Shown here: piece by piece, positions 39,733 through 48,672 of the stretch | How the letters are laid out: every line of letters begins with the position of its first letter | Position numbering within the stretch: the first letter of the stretch is position 1 | NCBI GenBank assembly: GCA_038141705.1 | Contig: JAYQIQ010000004.1 | Coordinates: 775,135 to 839,134 of the forward strand | Source: Candidatus Eutrophomonas brisbanensis | GTDB lineage: Bacteria; Pseudomonadota; Gammaproteobacteria; Burkholderiales; Eutrophovitaceae | DNA: 64,000 nt | Direction of reading: 5' to 3' | Notes under the pieces: generated by a model | The model's input: the letters and a program-made list of their open reading frames with translations, nothing else | What the model was told of the DNA's origin: nothing | Databases searched by the model: none | Program-made: the position numbers and the translations under genes

Positions 39733-40473
39733 ATGGCACTTCAAGACTTCGCAGGCACTAAAGTCCCCAACGTGAATTTTCGCGTACGCGAAAATAACGA
39801 GTGGAAAACGATTACCACAAATGAAATTTTTGCAGGAAAAACCGTTGCGGTATTTTCCTTGCCGGGCGCTTTTACCCCGACCTGCTCCTCAACACACCTC
39901 CCACGATTTAATGAACTGGCCCCCGCCTTCTTCGCAAACGGCGTAGATGAAATCGTTTGCATTTCCGTTAACGATACTTTCGTCATGAACGAGTGGGCAA
40001 AAGACCAAGAGGTGAGCAATGTTCGCTTACTGCCAGATGGCAATGGAGAATTTACTGAGCAACTGGGAATGCTCGTTGATAAAAGTGATCTTGGATTTGG
40101 AAAGCGTTCTTGGAGATATTCAATGCTCGTCAAAAATGGCGTCGTTGAAAAAACTTTTATCGAGCCCGAAAAACCAGGTGATCCATTCGAAGTATCAGAT
40201 GCCGGGACGCTATTAAATTACATCAACCCGAATGCGAAAAAACCAGATCAAGTCGCGATTTTCACGCGCGAGAGTTGCTCATTTTGCGCCAAAGCAAAAG
40301 AAACGCTGACTCGTTCAGGCTACGACTATGTTGAGATTCCGCTTGCTCATCAAAACCGAAGCCGAGTGATTGGCGCAGTTACTGGCGCACAAACGGTACC
40401 TCAAGTATTCATTAACGGTACGTTAATCGGTGACGGCGAAGCACTCGAGAAATACCTCGCAAAAGCAGCGTAA
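39733..40473 (+). CDS. Hybrid peroxiredoxin 5-glutaredoxin (PGdx-type)
   Basis: The N-terminal Prx5 domain has peroxidatic Cys in FTPTCSSTHLP. The C-terminal Grx domain has CSFC and TVPQVFING. Confidence 0.9.
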   Translation: MALQDFAGTKVPNVNFRVRENNEWKTITTNEIFAGKTVAVFSLPGAFTPTCSSTHLPRFNELAPAFFANGVDEIVCISVNDTFVMNEWAKDQEVSNVRLLPDGNGEFTEQLGMLVDKSDLGFGKRSWRYSMLVKNGVVEKTFIEPEKPGDPFEVSDAGTLLNYINPNAKKPDQVAIFTRESCSFCAKAKETLTRSGYDYVEIPLAHQNRSRVIGAVTGAQTVPQVFINGTLIGDGEALEKYLAKAA

Positions 40474-40482
40474 CCCAAAGAA

Positions 40483-40518
40483 AAATCCCGAGCATTGGTC
40501 GATGCTCGGGATTTTTTG
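40483..40518 (+). terminator. Rho-independent terminator
   Basis: Stem AAATCCCGAGCAT (40483-40495) with ATGCTCGGGATTT (40502-40514), followed by a T-run. Confidence 0.85.
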
Positions 40519-40808
40519 AATTTATAACCAACAAATGGCACTCAAATACTGTCGTTTTTTGACGACAGAAACATGTCAGTCAGTTTGTTGTCGGCTTGAT
40601 ATTTATCCAAACTCGGTTTACCGTACCGCACAGAAATAGCTTGTGTACGTTTTTTATTATTCGTGCTAAGGAAAGCTTTGACGACAGTCGATTCTTTGAA
40701 ATTATTTCTGTATTCTCAAAAATTCTCCACTCGAGAGAGGAGCCTACTTCGCTCCACCAGTTTCCAACCGTTACATGTTTTTCAACTTAGAAATAAGGAG
40801 AAACAAAA

Positions 40809-41198
40809 ATGAAAACTGAAATTTTATACCTGGCTTTATCAGCAGCTTTGACAGGAATTTTATGGATCCCCTACATTTTGGACCGGATGTCGACGCGCGG
40901 GCTAAGTGATACCGCAGGTTATCCGGATTATCCCAAAGCCCAGTCCGCCTGGGCACAGCGTTTAATGAAAGCACATACGAATGCTGTAGAAAATTTAGTT
41001 GTTTTTGCGGTTTTAGTGCTCGCTGCACACGAGCTGGAAATTACTGGAGCAGCCATTGCTCAATCCGCGATGGTGTATTTCTGGGCTCGGGTAGTGCATG
41101 CAATCAGTTACACGATGGCGATCCCGTTGGTACGAACGATTGCTTTTGTTGCAGGGTTTCTTGCACAGGCCTGCATCGCTTGGCACATTTTGATGTAA
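40809..41198 (+). CDS. MAPEG-family membrane protein (second paralogue)
   Basis: 129 aa with four TM helices, HTNAVENLVVFAVLVL and FWARVVHAISY. SD AAGGAGA. Confidence 0.75.
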   Translation: MKTEILYLALSAALTGILWIPYILDRMSTRGLSDTAGYPDYPKAQSAWAQRLMKAHTNAVENLVVFAVLVLAAHELEITGAAIAQSAMVYFWARVVHAISYTMAIPLVRTIAFVAGFLAQACIAWHILM

Positions 41199-41214
41199 TC
41201 AAATTTTTGAAGTT

Positions 41215-41248
41215 AAAAAAAGCAGCCCTGTGGCTGCTTTTTTTATTT
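41215..41248. terminator. Bidirectional rho-independent terminator
   Basis: AAAAAAGCAGCC-CTGT-GGCTGCTTTTTTT between convergent genes. It overlaps the stop of the minus-strand ThDP enzyme gene. Confidence 0.8.
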
Positions 41249-42964
41249 TGATCTCCACTTCCTCTCTGCGTCATCCCACGCTTCAAGTGGCTGTAGGTCT
41301 GGAACCCAAGCGAGCCCTGTTTTTGCGTCCGATGATTTTGCTTCTGGTGTTACCACAACATCCAATAGCGCCGGGCGATTTTTCATCGCTCTTGAGATAG
41401 CTCCCTCTAAGTCATCCGCAGACTCCACGCGCTCCGCGTATAGTCCGAACGCTTTTGCCATCTGCGCGTAATCAGAAAACTGAAGTTTTGTACCCACTAC
41501 TTTTCCATGTGTATCGGTTTGATCGTGTACTTCAATTTGCCACGCACCATTATTCGCGACCACAATGAGAACGGGCGCCTTGTGACGAACCGCCGTGTCA
41601 ATTTCCATCGCATTAAAACCGAATGCTCCATCACCGGTTGCAACCACGACGTCTTGATTTGGTCTCGCCAAACTTGCCGAAATACCAAACGCGGTTCCGA
41701 TTCCAATACAACCAAGAGAGCCCGGATCTAAATACGTAGATGCATTTAATCCTATTCGCGCAAACGCGAGAAAATCGCCGCCGTCCGCGACAACGATGGA
41801 ATCATCTTTCAACTGTTTTTGTAATTCAGCAAGCACGCGATTCGGATGAATACGTCCTTGACTGTCTGACGGAGCAGATAACATCGTATCTTTCAATTTC
41901 TTTGCGCGCGCCTCATGCTGCTCCCGTAATCCATTGGCCCAAGCAGTGTCTACTGCTGATTTTCTACCGCTTACTTTTTTATTAATTGCAGCAAGTGCTG
42001 CCTTTGGAGTTGCGAATAACTCGACAGCACCTCTACGGTTATCCCGCATCTCGAGAGGAACATCTCCGATACGAACAAATTTTGCCTCACCAAAAACCGC
42101 GGGTGAGCCGTAGGCCAATTGGAAATCAAGTCGTCTACCAATTGTGACGACGAGATCTACATCCCCCATCACTTTTCCGCGCATTGCAGCGACTACCGAT
42201 GGATGAGAATCCGGGACCAAGCCCTTACTCTCACCCGTGTCGAGATACACCGCTCCTAATTGATCGAGAAATTCACACAACTCTTTTCCGGCACCACGCG
42301 CGCCGCGCCCACTGATCACGAGTGGACGCTTTGCATTCCACATGAGCTCAATCGCTTGATCTACGTCATCCGCGTGGGGCTCGATATCACGTTTTGTTTT
42401 TGGTCGGAAGTGCTCTTCCATTTGGATAGCAGCAGGAACGTCATCACGCAACACATCTGTCGGAAAATCCAAATACACCGGTCCAGGCTCTCCACCATAA
42501 CCTTCGGCCCTCGATACTGCCTCATCAAGTTCTTGTAATACCAAACTTGATTCACGAACTGTGCGCGCGTAGCGCGTTATGGACTTCAATAAATCTGTAT
42601 GTACGATATCTTGTAACGCGCCTCTATTCTCTTGTGGCCTTGGTGGCAATCCCGATAGAACTAAAACGGATGCACGTGCGACGTGTGCATTCGCGATACC
42701 AGTCATGGCGTTGGTAACTCCTGGGCCCGCAGTGACAAGCGCGACTCCGAGCTTCCCAGTCAACTCACTGTAAGCATGTGCCATATAAACTGCCGCGCGT
42801 TCATCGCGAACATCAATGATCTCAATGCCTTCGGTATCGGCTCGCATCCACATCGGCATGATGTGTCCGCCACAGAGTGCGAAGATGCGATCAACACCGC
42901 GAGCTTTTAAAAATCGCGCGATGACACCCGCGCTGGTATTTGCATGTAAAGGAGGTACCGGCAT
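41243..42964 (-). CDS. Thiamine-diphosphate enzyme of the oxalyl-CoA decarboxylase / 2-hydroxyacyl-CoA lyase / AHAS superfamily
   Basis: TAGPGVTNAMTGIANA and ThDP motif GDGAFGFN...VVANNGAW. It lacks the RFDDR block seen in the AHAS at 46816. Confidence 0.75.
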   Translation of the reverse strand: MPVPPLHANTSAGVIARFLKARGVDRIFALCGGHIMPMWMRADTEGIEIIDVRDERAAVYMAHAYSELTGKLGVALVTAGPGVTNAMTGIANAHVARASVLVLSGLPPRPQENRGALQDIVHTDLLKSITRYARTVRESSLVLQELDEAVSRAEGYGGEPGPVYLDFPTDVLRDDVPAAIQMEEHFRPKTKRDIEPHADDVDQAIELMWNAKRPLVISGRGARGAGKELCEFLDQLGAVYLDTGESKGLVPDSHPSVVAAMRGKVMGDVDLVVTIGRRLDFQLAYGSPAVFGEAKFVRIGDVPLEMRDNRRGAVELFATPKAALAAINKKVSGRKSAVDTAWANGLREQHEARAKKLKDTMLSAPSDSQGRIHPNRVLAELQKQLKDDSIVVADGGDFLAFARIGLNASTYLDPGSLGCIGIGTAFGISASLARPNQDVVVATGDGAFGFNAMEIDTAVRHKAPVLIVVANNGAWQIEVHDQTDTHGKVVGTKLQFSDYAQMAKAFGLYAERVESADDLEGAISRAMKNRPALLDVVVTPEAKSSDAKTGLAWVPDLQPLEAWDDAERKWRSK

Positions 42965-42982
42965 GATTTTTCCTACAAAGTC

Positions 42983-44674
42983 TTAGTGAACTTTTTTCTG
43001 TTTTTTTCGGCTACGCAAATCGATCGCCCCAGGCTGCTTACGCGGATCGGTTCCAGCCGGGAAGATGTGGATTTTTTGTACTTTTGCAGATGTCCCCAAC
43101 GGAAGTGAATCCATAAAGAGCACCCAGCCTGGCGCTTTGAAGTAAGCAAGCTGATCATAGCTCCAATCAAACAAAGCGCTCGCAAGCTGCTCTCGCTTCT
43201 CTTCGGTGGCGATGTCATCTGCATTTTTTGCGATCACACACGCCATCACTTCTTCTTCTCTCACTTCATCAGGCGCCGCGATAACAGCGACCTGTTTTAC
43301 CTGATCATGAGCGGTAAGACACGCCTCCACTTCTGCAGCAGCAATGTTTTCACCAGAACGACGAATGATATTTTTCATCCGATCCACAAAATACAAATAA
43401 CCATCCTCGTCTTTTACAACAGAGTCTCCAGTGTGGATCCACCCATTTTTCCAAGCCTCTTCCGTTGCTTCTTCATTTTTTAAGTAACCGGAGAAGAATC
43501 CCTTTCGCGGCTCTTTGGCGCTATACCGAATAACGAGTTCGCCAGGCACATTTGGGCCCACTTCTTGGTCGTTCGCGTCGAAGACTTTCGCTTCAACGAA
43601 ATCGCTGTCTTTTCCAAAACTGCGCGTATGAATTTTTCGAGGCTCAAAGTTATCCGTAATAATTCGTCCAGTCTCACTCATTGCCCACATCTCAACAACT
43701 GGAAAACCAAAACGCTTCTCAAAAACCTCGTGCTGACTTGGCTCAATCCCGGCGCAAAGCGCGAATCGAACTTGGTGTGAAGTTTCTTCTGGAGTTTCAG
43801 GTAGTTTCAGAAGAATATTCGGGATGATGCCTTGAAACTGAACCGCAGTCGCTTTGGTTTCCACTAGATCCTTCCACCAAGTACTCGCGTGGAAACGATC
43901 TGGGAAAATCACACAACCACCAGTCATCAACATAGCCGGCACAGAGATCGATAAACAATTCGCATGATGTAGCGGCAACGGATTGTAAAGACGCTCACCC
44001 TGATCCCGAAAGTCGAGTAAACCTCCCACTGAGATATAGCAACCACCGAACATATGGAAGTATTCATTGGTGAGTATGCAGCCCTTCGGCTTACCTGTCG
44101 TTCCCGACGTATAAAGAAGTGCTACTTCTGTGTTGGCATCGGGCTTACCCGCCAGCACTGGGACTTTCGCTCGCGGGAGTATCTCTGGGAATTGATCGAG
44201 CGATATAACGGGTAAGTCCGCTTCAATTTGATTCGCAACTTCGAGCATCTCATCACGACGACGATCTACACACAGCGCTAAGCCTGCCTCCGAGTGCTCG
44301 ACTACATATTTAATTTCGTCGACTCGATAATCAGGGTTGATTGGCACAATCCCCGCTCCGAGTGCATTTAACGCAAAGTAGTGAAAGAAAAACTCTGGGC
44401 GTTGCTCAAAAAGAATAGCAACCCGATGACCCAAACCGATACCAGCTTGTGCGTACGCTTGTTTCTTTTTCTCCACTTCTACAAGCAAATTTTTGTAGGT
44501 AATTTCCCACCCAGCTGGATGGTAGCTCCGACCCTCCATTGGTGGGACACAATACGCAATACGGTCCAGATATTTTTCGGCCGTACGGAGAAGTGTGTTG
44601 TATAACGTCGTGTAAGCTGCAAGGTCCAGTTTTTTGGACGGTGCATTTTTTAATTGTAGATCTACGCTACCCAT
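42983..44674 (-). CDS. AMP-forming acyl-CoA synthetase/ligase
   Basis: AMP-binding motifs LLYTSGTTGKPKG, GWIHTGD and RRSGENI. The ThDP gene starts 18 nt after its stop. Confidence 0.85.
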   Translation of the reverse strand: MGSVDLQLKNAPSKKLDLAAYTTLYNTLLRTAEKYLDRIAYCVPPMEGRSYHPAGWEITYKNLLVEVEKKKQAYAQAGIGLGHRVAILFEQRPEFFFHYFALNALGAGIVPINPDYRVDEIKYVVEHSEAGLALCVDRRRDEMLEVANQIEADLPVISLDQFPEILPRAKVPVLAGKPDANTEVALLYTSGTTGKPKGCILTNEYFHMFGGCYISVGGLLDFRDQGERLYNPLPLHHANCLSISVPAMLMTGGCVIFPDRFHASTWWKDLVETKATAVQFQGIIPNILLKLPETPEETSHQVRFALCAGIEPSQHEVFEKRFGFPVVEMWAMSETGRIITDNFEPRKIHTRSFGKDSDFVEAKVFDANDQEVGPNVPGELVIRYSAKEPRKGFFSGYLKNEEATEEAWKNGWIHTGDSVVKDEDGYLYFVDRMKNIIRRSGENIAAAEVEACLTAHDQVKQVAVIAAPDEVREEEVMACVIAKNADDIATEEKREQLASALFDWSYDQLAYFKAPGWVLFMDSLPLGTSAKVQKIHIFPAGTDPRKQPGAIDLRSRKKQKKVH

Positions 44675-44697
44675 AAAAGAATTTCACCTTCAATTTA

Positions 44698-45348
44698 TTA
44701 ACCGAGACGAGTCGCCAAGGTTCCAGATGCTTCAACAATGTGATGCTCAGCAAGACGTTTTGCAGTCTCAACATCGCCAGCAATAATTGCTTCAAGAATT
44801 TTTTCGTGCTGATCCCATATATCACCCGGCGTTTCACCTTTGAGTAGCACTTGACCCATCACGCGCCTTAAATAATTCCATTGCGTTTGACCTCGCTCCG
44901 AAATCAATGGGTTTTCAGATAATCCATATATAAAGAAATGAAAGTCCATGTCCGCCGCGATCATCTCAGCGATTGATCCTTTGTCGACCGCCGCCCTTCC
45001 ACGCTCGATAAATCCCGCGCCCTCTTCCTTCGCGTGCTTACTACCTCTTTCTGCAGCAAGTCCCGTTGCTAACCGATCAAGTGCACCTCTTAATTCGTAC
45101 AAATCCCGTACAAAATTAACTTCGAGAGATGCGACCCGTAAACCTCGGCCGGTGCCTTCGCGCAATATTCCATGATTTTTGAGAAGCAACAGAGCTTGCT
45201 GAACGGGCTGACGCGACACCCCCAAGGATTCAGCGATTTCCTCTTGCTTGATACGTCTACCGTCATCGAACTTTCCCTCGGTGATTTCCGAGAGAATCGC
45301 TTCGTAAACTTGATCCACCAAAGTGGGCTGAGGTTGCAGCTTGTTCAT
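44698..45348 (-). CDS. GntR-family (FadR/FCD subfamily) transcriptional regulator
   Basis: N-terminal wHTH (EEIAESLGVSRQPVQQALLLLKNHGIL) and a helical FCD C-terminal domain. It is the first gene of the three-gene unit. Confidence 0.85.
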   Translation of the reverse strand: MNKLQPQPTLVDQVYEAILSEITEGKFDDGRRIKQEEIAESLGVSRQPVQQALLLLKNHGILREGTGRGLRVASLEVNFVRDLYELRGALDRLATGLAAERGSKHAKEEGAGFIERGRAAVDKGSIAEMIAADMDFHFFIYGLSENPLISERGQTQWNYLRRVMGQVLLKGETPGDIWDQHEKILEAIIAGDVETAKRLAEHHIVEASGTLATRLG

Positions 45349-45430
45349 CCAAAAACCTTTCTTTTAACCGCAACTAGAATCTTATCATTTTGAATTCAGA
45401 ATACAAAATGGAATATTATAAGAAGATCGC

Positions 45431-46259
45431 TTATTTCAAGTTTTCTTTCGTAAAATCATATAGATACCGTAATCCACCGATAGCTCGACTACCGTACCAA
45501 GAGGTCATTTCTGCGTCGATTAGGCTAACTTTTGGCTTGCCCTGCGGACCAATTTCAGCCCGCAACCCCACAACATCCTTTGGTCGAAAAGCGTAGGGCT
45601 CTGTGGATAACAATATTCTGTCGACTTTTTCGTAAAGCTGCGAGAGATTGATCACCGGATAACGATCTTTTTTCTGCAAATCGATGTGCTCCCAACCCAC
45701 GAGTTTCAGCATATTCGCAATGTAGGTGTCATTTGAAATGGACATCCAGGGTTGCTTCCAAATAACGTATGCAACCCGCTCAATCGGAAAACTTTCTACG
45801 TTGATCTCGTAAAAATTTATACGCGCTTCTAAACGCATCGCTAAGGCGCTTCATCTCCTGGTCTCGGCAAAAGATACTTCCGAGTAACTCGTAGAGCTTA
45901 ATGTTGTCCACCGGAGTAATCGGATGCGTGACAATAATATTCGGAACAATTGCTCTCGCCGCATCGACCAACTCTTTCGGATTCTCATCAATATTTACGA
46001 TGAGATGCGTCGCCTTTAGCGCTGCAAGTTTTTGCAAATCAAAATCTTTTGTTCCTCCTATTTTCGGAACCGATTTCACTTTCTCTTTGGGATAAAAACA
46101 AAAACCAGTGCGCCCAACGACCGATTCTCCGAGACCCAAATCAAACAAAAGCTCCGTGATACTGGGGACAACACACACAATCCTCGCGCCACTCTTCACG
46201 CGCAGGTGTTCGACCCCATTATCATCGATCGTTGCACCCAAAACTCTATCCCTGCGCAC
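45431..46259 (-). pseudogene. BtuF/TroA-like (Peripla_BP_2) cobalamin/metal-binding protein without a signal peptide, frameshifted
   Basis: RIVCVVPSITELLFDLGLGESVVGRT. The frames join (SAYKFYEINVESFPIERVAYVIW) if the A5 run at 45811-45815 is A4. The gene overlaps the lrp-family gene stop by 14 nt. Confidence 0.65.
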
Positions 46260-46722
46260 TTTCTATCGGCAAAGGCACCGCACTACTCTTTAATGTACGA
46301 AGCACAAAGTTTGATTTTGTTTGGCCGATCCCGGGAATCTTATAAAGACTTTCTCTTAATAGTCGCTCGTAGTCTCTCGTATCCTTCACAGCAATACGGA
46401 TGTAATAGTCATAATCACCCGATACCAAAGATGCCTCTATAACCTCAGGGATCTTCTCAAGTTGCTTACCAAATTCAAATAATGTCTCATCCGAATGGTT
46501 ATCCAGGCTTACCTGCACAATCACCGATTCGTTATAACCCAGCAAATTTGGGTCGACCTGGACCGAATACCCCGTAATCACCCCCATCGATTCCATTTTT
46601 TTAATGCGATTCCAGCATGGAGTAGTCGAAAGGCCCACTTTCGCGCTGATTTCTTGGAGGCTCGCTCGAGCGTCCTCTTTGAGGATAGATAGGATCTTAA
46701 AATCGTATTTTGTAAGTTTCAT
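46246..46722 (-). CDS. Lrp/AsnC-family transcriptional regulator
   Basis: HTH (DARASLQEISAKVGLSTTPCWNRIKKME) plus a RAM ligand-binding domain. It is divergent from the AHAS gene. Confidence 0.9.
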   Translation of the reverse strand: MKLTKYDFKILSILKEDARASLQEISAKVGLSTTPCWNRIKKMESMGVITGYSVQVDPNLLGYNESVIVQVSLDNHSDETLFEFGKQLEKIPEVIEASLVSGDYDYYIRIAVKDTRDYERLLRESLYKIPGIGQTKSNFVLRTLKSSAVPLPIESAQG

Positions 46723-46815
46723 CCTATTTTTTACCTATTTAAGGAAAATTTTTCCCATTTTAACAAAAATACAAAGAAAAATAAGAAACCTTTTTCGAGA
46801 ATGAGTCTGTAAGAT

Positions 46816-48597
46816 TTGCAAATGAAAAGTTTAGAGACTACCCCCGTAGTGACCACCACTGGCTCCCTTCCTACATTGGTAAGTTCGGGAGCCAGTGCTC
46901 TGGTTAATACGCTCGTTAAATTGGGGGTAGATACAGTCTTTGGCTATCCTGGCGGGGCCGTCCTCCCAATTTACGATGCCCTTCACGGCGAGAGTCGCCT
47001 TCAACACATTTTAGTACGCCACGAGCAAGCCGCTGTACATGCGGCCGAGGGCTATGCGCGAACAACCGGAAAACCGGGCGTCGTAATTGTCACATCAGGT
47101 CCTGGCATGAGTAACACCACCACTGGATTACTCGATGCGATCAGCGACTCGATTCCGATCATCTGCATTAGTGGTCAGGTCGCGAAGCCTCTTATTGGTA
47201 CGCAGGCGTTTCAAGAATGTGACGCCATCGGCATCGCCAAAACTGTTACCAAATGGTCCAAACAAATTACTTCAACGGATGACGTCATCCCAACGACTGT
47301 AGAAGCTTACAACCAAGCTATGGGTGGACGACCAGGCCCAGTTCTCATCGACTTCCCGAAAGATATTCAAGCGCAATCTGTTCAAGACATTGATATTAGC
47401 CCACTCATCAAACGCATAAGACCAAAAACCGCTGACGCAACTTCATTTCAAGCGGCAGCGAAATTAATACTCGATGCCAAAAAGCCGATCTTTTATGGCG
47501 GTGGTGGACTCATTAATTCGGGGGCGAAAGCCTGTGAACAATTCACTGAGCTCGTTCGGTTAATCGAAGCTCCGTGCACTTTGACGCTTATGGGGCTAGG
47601 AGCCTTTCCGGGTTCTGATCCATTGTTTGTTGGCATGCCCGGCATGCATGGCACACTCGAAGCTAATCTTGCAATGCATGGCACCGATCTCATCGTATGC
47701 GTGGGGGCTCGCTTCGACGATCGCGTAACAGGAGAGCTCAACGCGTTTGCCCCAAACGCGAAAAAGATTCATATCGACATCGATGAGAACAACATTAATC
47801 GTTTAGTGAAAGTTGACGTTGGACTTCCAGGTGACTGCAGTGAAAATTTATCTGGACTTCTCGCAGCTATCAAACCTCAAGTCAACGAAAAACAAAATCT
47901 CAAACCGTGGTGGAACACCATTCAAAAATGGCGCGATGTTAAAAGTTTGGCGTACGCTACCAATGAACAATCAATCGTTCCACAACAATTAGTGAGCGCG
48001 GTAGAACGTGCAACAAAAGGACAAAACCCAATCATTGCAACCGATGTAGGTCAGCATCAAATGTGGTCTGCGCAGCATTTTTGTTTTGATAAGCCTGGTC
48101 GCTGGCTCACCTCCGGCGGGGCGGGAACCATGGGCTATGGCCTACCTGCAGCGATCGGCGCACAACTTGCGCACCCAAATGATCTCGTAATTTGCGTGAG
48201 TGGAGATGCATCAATCTTAATGAACATTCAAGAGCTATCGACTGCCGTTCAACATCGCACCCCGGTCAAAGTCATTCTTTCAAACAATGGCTACATGGGT
48301 ATGGTGCGTCAATGGCAAGAGTTTAATCACGGTGGCCGTTATAGCCATAGCTACACTGAGGCGCTTCCAGATTTTGTATCGGTCGCAAGAGGATTCGGGT
48401 GGACCTCAGAACGCGTCGCAAGTCCTGCAGACCTTGATGCCGCTATCGATCGTTGCTTAAAAACTGAGGGGCCTTATTTTCTTGAAGTCGCAGTGGAGAA
48501 GCAGGAGAACTGTTTCCCCATGATGCCATCAGGAGTTGCACACAATCAGATTTTGTTGAAAGAAGGGGTCTTTTACCAAGACGACTCCACTGAATAA
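46816..48597 (+). CDS. Acetohydroxyacid/acetolactate synthase catalytic subunit, with no small subunit gene adjacent
   Basis: GYPGGAVLPIYDAL, RFDDRVTG, GGAGTMGYGLPAAIG and ThDP motif GDAS...NNGYMGMV. The start is TTG at 46816 or ATG at 46822. Confidence 0.85.
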   Translation: MQMKSLETTPVVTTTGSLPTLVSSGASALVNTLVKLGVDTVFGYPGGAVLPIYDALHGESRLQHILVRHEQAAVHAAEGYARTTGKPGVVIVTSGPGMSNTTTGLLDAISDSIPIICISGQVAKPLIGTQAFQECDAIGIAKTVTKWSKQITSTDDVIPTTVEAYNQAMGGRPGPVLIDFPKDIQAQSVQDIDISPLIKRIRPKTADATSFQAAAKLILDAKKPIFYGGGGLINSGAKACEQFTELVRLIEAPCTLTLMGLGAFPGSDPLFVGMPGMHGTLEANLAMHGTDLIVCVGARFDDRVTGELNAFAPNAKKIHIDIDENNINRLVKVDVGLPGDCSENLSGLLAAIKPQVNEKQNLKPWWNTIQKWRDVKSLAYATNEQSIVPQQLVSAVERATKGQNPIIATDVGQHQMWSAQHFCFDKPGRWLTSGGAGTMGYGLPAAIGAQLAHPNDLVICVSGDASILMNIQELSTAVQHRTPVKVILSNNGYMGMVRQWQEFNHGGRYSHSYTEALPDFVSVARGFGWTSERVASPADLDAAIDRCLKTEGPYFLEVAVEKQENCFPMMPSGVAHNQILLKEGVFYQDDSTE

Positions 48598-48672
48598 TTT
48601 TTATCCAGATTAAAGGCTCACGGAGTTCACCAAACTCTATAAGTCCTGATCGGATCCCACGAGGACAGATCG

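Noticed and set aside
40596-41028. Small ORFs 40596..40790 (+) and 40771..41028 (-)
   Set aside because: One lies in the non-coding leader and the other is antisense to the MAPEG gene. Neither has a ribosome-binding site or family resemblance.
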